Source: an uncultured Solirubrobacterales bacterium (GTDB lineage Bacteria > Actinomycetota > Thermoleophilia > Solirubrobacterales > Solirubrobacteraceae). From it: a DNA stretch of 64,000 nt. The stretch covers positions 172,797-236,796 of the forward strand of contig CAWGIA010000001.1 in assembly GCA_963822535.1 (NCBI GenBank). Reading direction: 5' to 3'. Below are positions 54,801 to 64,000 of the stretch, in pieces; within the stretch, counting starts at the first letter, position 1, and the number at the start of each line of letters is the position of its first letter. Below the pieces are notes generated by a model that was not told the DNA's origin, searched no databases, and saw only the letters and a list, made by a program, of their open reading frames with translations. The translations under genes and the position numbers were made by a program.

Positions 54801-56044
54801 AACAGATCCGAGCAGTACTCGATCGACACCCTCAGGCCCGCCGGCACCTCGCCCGCGAACAGGGCCAGGTCAAATTTCGCTGTCCCGCGATCGGTCGAGA
54901 CGCGCTCGTGCTCGAGGCCGGAGAAATGGATCGGCCTCTCGGCGGCGTTCTGGAGCACGAACAGGACCTGCGCGACCGGCGCGTGGCTGCGATTCCGGTC
55001 GGGATTGAGCTCCTGGACGAGGCGCTCGAACGGCAGGTCCTGATTGGAGAACGCCTCGAGCGCGGTCTCGCGGACGCCGCGCAGGAGCTCGACGAACGAT
55101 GGGTCAGGCGCCATATCGACGCGGAGCGCCAGCGTGTTGACCAGCAATCCGATGAGCTGCTCGAGCTCGACGCGGCTCCGATTGGCCACCGGGGTGGCCA
55201 CGACGACGTCATCCTGGCCGCTGTAGCGCGCCAGCATGACGGCGAAGGCGCTCAGCAGGGTCATGAACAGCGTGCTCCCCTCCCGCTCGCTCAGGGCGCG
55301 GAGCCGCTGGAGCAGCTCGGACGGCAGGACCGTCCGCAGGGTCGCGCCCCGGAAGCTCTGCTCGGAAGGGCGCGGGCGGTCAGTGGGTAGCTCGAGCAGA
55401 GCGGGCGCGCCGGCCAGCTTCGTCGTCCAGTATTCGAGCTGCTGATCGAGGCCGCCGCTCTCCATCCACTGCTGCTGCCACACGGCATAGTCGGCGTACT
55501 GGAGCGCCAGCGCCGGCAGCTCGACGGGCCGTCCCTCGACCAGCGCGCCGTAGATGGCGGCGAGCTCACGATTGATCACCCCCACCGACCAGCCGTCGGT
55601 GACGATGTGATGGATCGTCAGCGACAGAACGTGGTCTTGATCTCCGAGCCGGATCAGCGTCACGCGCAGCAACCGGTCGCGCCCGAGGTCGAACCCCTGG
55701 CGGCCGTCGGCGGCGACGAGCTCCAGGGCCCGCTCCTCGGCGTCCGCGTGAGCGCTGACATCGATCACCTCGAGGTCCAGCGGGAAGGGCGGTTTGATGA
55801 GCTGATGCGGGACCCCGTCAACGAGCGTGAACACCGTCCGCAGCGACTCGTGCCGCTCGACGAGAGTGGTCAGGGCGCGCCCGAGCGCGTCGACGTCAAG
55901 CGGACCACGCAGCCTGGTGACCGTGGGCACGTTGTAGGCGGCGCCGCCGCCCTCGAGCCGATCGAGAAACCACATGCGCTGCTGCGCGAACGACGCCGGC
56001 AGGACGAGTGGCTCGTTGCTCAGCTCAGTCGATTCGATCTGCAA
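48806..56044 (-). CDS. non-ribosomal peptide synthetase, C-A-T-C-A-T-TE (hand codes: Pro, Thr; TE with Cys nucleophile)
   Basis: Two C domains (HHIVTDGWS, HHIIVDGWS), two A domains ([24 protein letters not shown]; FDVAFQE at 54030-54050; FDFSVWE at 50810-50830) and two T domains (GGHSLLAVRL). The TE carries GFCFSG. TTG start with GAGGAG upstream. Confidence 0.95.
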   Translation of the reverse strand: MQIESTELSNEPLVLPASFAQQRMWFLDRLEGGGAAYNVPTVTRLRGPLDVDALGRALTTLVERHESLRTVFTLVDGVPHQLIKPPFPLDLEVIDVSAHADAEERALELVAADGRQGFDLGRDRLLRVTLIRLGDQDHVLSLTIHHIVTDGWSVGVINRELAAIYGALVEGRPVELPALALQYADYAVWQQQWMESGGLDQQLEYWTTKLAGAPALLELPTDRPRPSEQSFRGATLRTVLPSELLQRLRALSEREGSTLFMTLLSAFAVMLARYSGQDDVVVATPVANRSRVELEQLIGLLVNTLALRVDMAPDPSFVELLRGVRETALEAFSNQDLPFERLVQELNPDRNRSHAPVAQVLFVLQNAAERPIHFSGLEHERVSTDRGTAKFDLALFAGEVPAGLRVSIEYCSDLFDETTIQRMLRHFETLLEAILADPSRPVSELNLLPAEERELVLDRWSTGGETESPAPRCVHELVADQARRTPQAIAVDHAGQRLSYADLDAQADRLGSHLRELGVGPDTVVAICAERSVEMVVAVLGVLKAGGAYAPIDPAYPAERIKFMLADSDAPVLLTQQHLLSGLPDRDALTVCLDSDWESTVSAENVPAPAEPTPDNLAYVLYTSGSTGQPKGVAMPHRPLANLLAWQLHSTAPGPARTLQFASLSFDVAFQEIFSTWCSGGTLVLADEAVRRDPEGLLRLLAHERVERLFLPFVALQNLCEAAEHSEQSVADLREIITAGEQLKVTPAVRRFFSRHQQCTLFNHYGPTESHVVTALRLSGEAQEWPSLPPIGRPISGARVRLLDRHLQPVPIGVPGELCIGGVSLARGYLGRPELTAERFVEDPLSSGSGTRMYRTGDLARYLPDGNIEFLGRIDHQVKVRGYRIEPGEIEAALRDHSSVREALVLTRDDDGSGAGLVAYLRVDEPGPTAAELHDFLLRTLPAYMIPAAFVTLAEYPLSPNGKVDRRALPAPDDRARMTAEYAPPVDDTEQALADVWAELLGLERVGRDDNFFALGGHSLLAVRLVSRVRDRLDVELALSAIFDSPTIAGLAAVLRGAGSQVTAVSLPPILPAPREARRMEGSEDERVVLPASYAEQRLWFLDRLEPDNPAYNVPMAVRLAGSLDVPALRRALDELVARHESLRTTFAVIDGAPHQVVSAPGPVPLAVTDLQGAPDAEEAAQRLVGAEAGRGFDLSSGPLLRAALIDLAADDHILIITLHHIIVDGWSIGVFQRELSTLYRAYHRGEDPELAPLAIQYGDFAAWQQEWLRSGGLDQQLEYWREQLAGAPALLELPTDRPRPARQTFKGAVVRQLLGPAELAQVKQLGEGEGTTLFMTLLAAFVGLLSRYSGQEDVVVASPVANRNRAELEGLIGFFVNTLPLRASLEDDPSFRQLLHDVRKTAVGAFSNQDLPFEKLVEELNPDRQLSFPPLAQVSFALNTVEEPLGLEDLQTARVSGARRTTKFDLGLYGAETADGLRLSIEYSTDLFDEATVERMLSHYMNLLRSALEDPARPMSELPLLDEEERELALAAGAATQADYPVACMHELFERATAERPQTIAATHDGAAISYEELNRRANQVAHCLRSRGVGPGSLVALLLEPSFEMLAAILGVLKAGGAYVPLDPEYPAERLSFVLEDTGAPIVVLHSSVLDRLPEGPAQVICLDQEVDALAQQSAENPEPLARPEDLAYVIYTSGSTGRPKGVQVEHRQVARLFSATEAWYGFGPSDVWTLLHSYAFDFSVWELWGALAHGGRLVITPRLTTRTPAVLAAAISDQEVTVLNATPSLFLGIQDALLQRAERLALRTVIFGGEALEPPALRPWFERFGDSGPELVNMYGITETTVHVTYRPLLAADCESAASPIGEPIPDLSLYLLDRHREPVPRGVVGELFVGGAGVARGYLNRSELTAERFIENPFGPGRLYRTGDVARRLPGGELDFRGRMDDQVKIRGFRIELGEIRAALGTHPAVNEATVIASPAQSGDVRLAAYIVAVDGAHPPGADELRSFLADRLPSFMIPAAWVFIDALPLTRNGKLDVKALPAPEFSRAAAAQEFAPPTTATELALAPLWSEVLGVERIGVQDSFFELGGHSLLAVRLFSEIERQLRVRLPLSALFETDTIAGLADLIDRDRREKIDWGSVVRLREGGQGTPLFLVAWAGGEVLPYRDLAESLEADLPVYGLQAPGVVDRQASPLGSVDALARHYVAEVRRVQRHGPYRLGGFCFSGLVAYEMARLLMADGEDVSLLALLDAYPWQPRKRRRRIQAQRAQLQTLRSADRQGRRQWLRIRAKGLQRRLIELAYIRVGPRVFEVLSTRGLHGWLPRRPWNLVLIASNLARIRYVPRPLDIRVDFFRAQTDAEKRPTPWDSVAGRGVNLRQIIAPGIQHERMMHQPYVGLLAAELTRALDGAGTT

Positions 56045-56064
56045 CTCTCTGACTCCTCGGGGCC

Positions 56065-59467
<3,403 letters not shown>

Positions 59468-59700
59468 TTGTCTACTCCTAGCCCGCTTGCAACGAGAGAG
59501 CCCTCTGCCCGGCTCCGCCCGCAGACCAACCCGCCCCTAGTGATTCTCTTCACCCACACCAGATTATGACATGTGCGGGTTGTTGCTCGCGTTTGGTTTG
59601 CTAGTCTGCCCGGCGTCAGCGGCAAGGAGGACCGTCGACGGGTTGTACCCCATACGCCGGGAACGTCTAACCGCCTTTGCGCAGCGCTTCCATCGCCGGC

Positions 59701-60957
59701 ATGAAACCTATTCTCACCAAGCCCATGACCCCCCACCTCACCCTGCGTCGGCTCGGAGTCCTGCTGGTGGCACTGCTGGCCGGCTGCGCTATCTCCGCCT
59801 GCGGGTCCGCAGGCTCCACGGCGACGTCCGGGCAGGGACAACATGCCGGTGACGGGTCCGGGACCGGGACCGCCCCGGTGCCGGTGAGCGCCTTCCCGAC
59901 GCCCGTCATTCACCGCGGCACCGGACTGCTGGGAAGTGGGCAATCATCATCGGCCAAGGTTCCTCTCGTCATCGCATTACACGGTGGCGGCGGCGCCACT
60001 CCGGCCCTGTTCGAGAACGCCACAGGGCTGGATCAGGTGGCCAACCAGCACAATCTCGTCGTCGCTTACCTGGGCTCTCCCCTGCCGCTGTGGAAGAACC
60101 CCTCGGATATCACCTACATCGGCAACATGATCAAGCAGCTGGAGAGCTCCGAGAACATCGACCCCAACCGGGTCTATGTGGTCGGCTTCTCGCTGGGTGG
60201 CTATGCGACCTTCCGCTCGGCCTGCGAGCTCAGCTCACAGGTGGCCGGGGTGGCGATCGTGTCAAGCGCGATGGCGCCCCTGGCGCACAAGCCCTGCCCA
60301 GTAACCCGGCCCGTGTCAGAGCTCTCGATCGTGGGCACCAACGACCTCTTCCCGGTCCACAAGAGCTCCTCATCACCGATCAGCGCCGACGCCACCGCAT
60401 CCATGTGGCGGACGCTTGACGGATGCAGCTCCAGCTCCTCCACCTCTCAGGTTGGCCCGACCACCCAGACGACGTGGAGCAAATGCAACGGCGGCGCCGA
60501 GGTGGGCGAATACGTGGTCAGCGGCGGTACGCACCGGTGGCCCGGTTCCCCCGGCTCGGTGGGCGCCGACGGCCAGTACAACGCCGACACGGCGATCTGG
60601 TCCTTCCTGTCCAAGCACAGCGCCAGCTCAGCCAAGATCTCTGCCGCCGTGAGCTCCCTTCGGGTGACCCGGGGGCACTCCCGTCAGGTCCGCCTCGTGC
60701 TGAACCCGATCGCGGAGTCATCCGCGGTGCTGCTCATGGTGCTCTCGGCCCACGGGCGCAAGCTGGCCTCCAAGCGCATTACGCTGCACGGCGGCCGCCG
60801 GAGCACCAGCATCTTGAATGTGCCTCGGCGCGCGAAGGCGGGGCGCGACCCACTGGTGCTCAACTTCGTTGACAGCTACGGCCACCGGCAGACGATCGTG
60901 CGCACGGTGACGATTCCGGCCCTGCCGTCCTCGCACCACTCCGGCAAGCACTCCTAG
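59701..60957 (+). CDS. lipoprotein esterase, PHB-depolymerase/feruloyl-esterase-like alpha/beta hydrolase with C-terminal beta-rich domain
   Basis: Lipobox LLAGC after a basic/hydrophobic leader. Contains LVIALHGGGG and the nucleophile elbow VVGFSLGGYA. The ORF is open from 59677. Confidence 0.65.
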   Translation: MKPILTKPMTPHLTLRRLGVLLVALLAGCAISACGSAGSTATSGQGQHAGDGSGTGTAPVPVSAFPTPVIHRGTGLLGSGQSSSAKVPLVIALHGGGGATPALFENATGLDQVANQHNLVVAYLGSPLPLWKNPSDITYIGNMIKQLESSENIDPNRVYVVGFSLGGYATFRSACELSSQVAGVAIVSSAMAPLAHKPCPVTRPVSELSIVGTNDLFPVHKSSSSPISADATASMWRTLDGCSSSSSTSQVGPTTQTTWSKCNGGAEVGEYVVSGGTHRWPGSPGSVGADGQYNADTAIWSFLSKHSASSAKISAAVSSLRVTRGHSRQVRLVLNPIAESSAVLLMVLSAHGRKLASKRITLHGGRRSTSILNVPRRAKAGRDPLVLNFVDSYGHRQTIVRTVTIPALPSSHHSGKHS

Positions 60958-60987
60958 CTGCTCGCCGTCGGTCCGCGGCTCCCGGCG

Positions 60988-63900
60988 TTACGCGTCCGGA
61001 TCGGCCAGCAGTTCGGCCAGCTCGTCGTCGCTGGCGTCCCCCAGAAGGGCCACCGTAACCTCGGCGGCCAGCTCAGCGATCGTCGGCTGAGCGAACAGCT
61101 GCCCGAGGTAGAGATCGATCCCCAGCGTGTCGTGAACCCGGGCCAGCATCCTCACGGCCAGCAGAGAGTGGCCGCCGAGGTCGAAGAAGTCATCCTTGAC
61201 GCCGACCCGCTCGAGTCCCAGGACCTCCCCCCAGACCTCGGCCAGCGCCTCCTCGACGGGGCCCGAGGGAGCCACATAGCTGCGCACGAGGCTCGGTCGG
61301 CCTCCGTCGGGGGCCGGCAGGGCCGCCCGATCGAGCTTGCCGTTCGCCGTCGTGGGGAACGAGTCCAGCGTCACGAACGCCGACGGAACCATGAACGGCG
61401 GAAGCTTCGTCTTTGCCAACCGCCGGAGCTCCTCGGCGTCCGGTTCCTGATCCCCAGCCGGGGTCAGGTAGGCCACGATCCGCTGATCTCCGGGGCGGTC
61501 CTCGCGCACGATCACGGCCGCGGCCGACACGTCCTGGTGAGAGTCGAGCACCGCCTCCACCTCGCCCAGCTCGATCCGGAAACCCCGGACCTTGACCTGC
61601 TGATCGATGCGCCCGTGAAACTCGAGCGTCCCGTTCTCACGCCAGCGCAGGAGATCGCCGGTGCGATACAGGCGGGATCCCTCGTCCCCCGAGAACGGAT
61701 CGGGGATGAACTTCTCCGCCGTCAGCTCGACCCGGTCGTGATACCCGAGGGCGAGGCCCTCGCCGCCGATGTGAAGCTCGCCCGGTACGCCAATCGGAAC
61801 CGGCTCGCCGCTCCCGTCGAGCACGAAGAACGAGGTGTTGGCGATCGGGCCGCCCAGGGGGATCGGCCCCTGGCCCGATCCCAGCTCGAGCACCGAGGAC
61901 CACACCGTGGTCTCGGTTGGACCGTACATGTGCCACAGGGAGGCTCCCCGGAGCCGAAGCTCCTCCGCCAACGCGCGGGGAAGCGCCTCACCACCACAGA
62001 CGATCTTCAGGCTCGCGCTGCCACGCCAGCCGGCGTCGACGAGCAGCTGCCACGTGGTGGGGGTCGCCTGGACGAACGTCGCGCCCGATCGGGTCAGCCA
62101 GTCGGCCAGGTCAACGCCGTCCAGAGTGGCCTCGCGCGGGATGATGACCAGGCGCGCGCCCGTGGTGAGCGGGAGGTACCAGTCCGGAACGGACAGATCG
62201 AATGCCGGCGTGGTCAGGTTGGCCACCACGTCCTCGGGCGACAGGCCGGGTGCGTGGCGCATGTGGGCCATGAGGTTGGCCACCGAGCGGTGGGTCACCT
62301 CGACTCCCTTGGGCTGGCCGGTCGAGCCCGAGGTGTAGATCACGTAGGCGCGTTGCTCGGGATCCGATGCCACCGCCACTGGGTCTCCGCTCTGGGCGTC
62401 GATCTGCGGCCGGTCACGGTCAACGCAGATGACCGTGGCGCCGCGCGGGTCCACCACGCCGAGGAAGCGCTCCTGCGTGAGCAGCACCGGAGCCTGTGCG
62501 TCGGCGAGCATGAACTCCTGGCGCTGGGGCGGATACGTCGGGTCGATCGGGAACATAGGCGGCGCCGGTCTTGAGCACGCCCAGCATGGCCACGAGCAGA
62601 TCAACCGAGCGTTCCAGTCCGATCCCGACCAGGCTTCCCGCCTGCACCCCCGCCTCGATCAGGCTCCGCGCCAGCTGGTTTGAGCGGACGTCGAGCTCGC
62701 CGTAGGTCAGACGCTCGGTACCGGACACGACCGCGATCGCATCCGGCGCACGCTCGGCCTGATCGGAGAACAGCTCGTTCAGACAGCGACGGTCATACGT
62801 ACGTGCGGTGTCATTCCAGTCCTCGAGCATCAGCTGGCGCTCGGATGCGCTGAGCATCGGGAGCCGTGACAGCGGCACCGTCGGATCCTCAGCCACCGCG
62901 GCCAGGAGCGTCGTGTAATGCCCGATCAGGCGCTCGATCGTCGAGGCGTCAAACAGGTCGGTGGCGTATTCGAGCTGGGCGCGCAGCGAGCCATCTGGCA
63001 CCTCGCGCACGACGATCGAGAGATCGAAGCGCGCCCACGCCCAGTCGGGGATCGGGAGCTGCTCGACCTCGCTGCCGCCCAGGGTCGGGGCGTGGGCCGG
63101 CGCGACGTCATATCCCAGCAGCACCTGGAAGATGGGCGAGTAGCTCTGGGAGCGCTCGGGGTTGAGCGTCTCAACTAGCTTCTCGAATGGGAGCTCCTGG
63201 TAGATCTGGGCCTCCAGCGTGGTCATCTTGGCCCGAGCCAGGAGCTCGGTGAACGCGGGGTCGCCCGACAGATCCGTGCGCAGCGCCAGCGTGTTGGAGA
63301 AAAAGCCCAGGAGGTTGGCCGTCTCCTCGTAATGGCGCCCCGAGCTCGGCGCCCCGATGACGAGGTCCTCGACGCCGGTGTAGCGGTGCACGAGCGTCTG
63401 GAACGCGGCCAGCAGGAGCATGAACATGGACACCCCCTCCGCGCGCGCCAGCTCGCGCAGCGGCTGGGCGAGCCCTGCAGTGATCGTGAACTCACGCAGC
63501 CGGCCCGCGTAGCTCTGCACGCTGGGCCGGGGATGGTCGGCGGGGAGGTCAAGACGATCCGGGGCCCCTGCCATCTGCGTGTTCCAGTACTCGAGCAACT
63601 CGTCGAGCTGGCTACCTGTGAGTTGCTCCCGCTGCCACTGGGCGAAGTCCGCGTACTGGATCGGCAGCTCCGGGAGTTGAGGCTCGCTACCGGCGGCCAG
63701 TGCCCCGTAGATGGCATCGAGCTCAGCGAACAGGATGCCGCTCGAGACGTGGTCAGAGCCGATGTGGTGAAGCACGATCAGCAGCCGATCCTCGTCGGCT
63801 GACATGTGCACCAGCGCGGCACGCAGGAGCACGTCCTCGGCGAGGTCAAACGGGCGCCGAGCGAATTCACCCAGCAGCTCGTGGGCTCTCGCCTCGCGCT

Positions 63901-64000
63901 CGGCCTCCGGCACCTCGTGCAGGTCCGAGACCAGCAGCTCGACCTCGCCGGCCGCACGCACCTCCTGCACGGGGGCGCCGTCGGCCAGCCCGAGCGTCGT
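60988..64000 (-). pseudogene. NRPS (..)-C-A-T, 5' end outside window, one +1 frameshift at about 62549-62551 as assembled
   Basis: C domain 62560-64000 (HHIGSDHVS variant; the frame continues past the window edge). A-T 60988-62550 ([19 protein letters not shown] at 62182-62202, MYGPTETTVW, GGHSLLAVRM). The join AAYVP|IDPTYP is broken by an extra base in a G/C run. Confidence 0.85.

Overview
High-GC (about 68-70% by eye) actinobacterium-like chromosome segment, almost fully coding. No rRNA, tRNA, CRISPR array or transposase was recognised. Positions 1-22.9 kb are housekeeping: two GT-C membrane glycosyltransferases, rluB-like, rlmN, scpAB, trpS, rhomboid, M20 peptidase, panE-like, a GAF-GGDEF cyclase, the gcvT-H-PA-PB operon (gcvPB frameshifted) and the dcw tail murC-murB-ftsQ-ftsZ. 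A DUF559 endonuclease-like ORF sits in frame in front of murB. Positions 22.9-48.8 kb are an accessory cell-surface glycan region. It holds two tandem GH6-like secreted paralogs, a BY-kinase, an acetyltransferase, an epimerase, GT4/GT2 enzymes and a Wzy-like protein. It also holds a lower-GC island (two methyltransferases, a sulfotransferase, and a tandem duplication of polysaccharide-lyase-like secreted proteins with polycationic tails), a coupled GNAT / ACAD-like / stand-alone A / carrier protein / AsnB-like operon, and a Wzm/Wzt exporter. Positions 48.8-64 kb are an NRPS line on the minus strand with at least four modules. Hand-derived codes read Gly-like, Orn-like, Pro, Thr. It ends in a thioesterase whose nucleophile is Cys instead of Ser. 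The Orn-like module carries four +1 frameshifts and a lipoprotein esterase gene interrupts the line. The best candidates for novelty are the Thr + Cys-TE release chemistry, the carrier-protein tailoring operon, and the putative sulfated/methylated glycan island.
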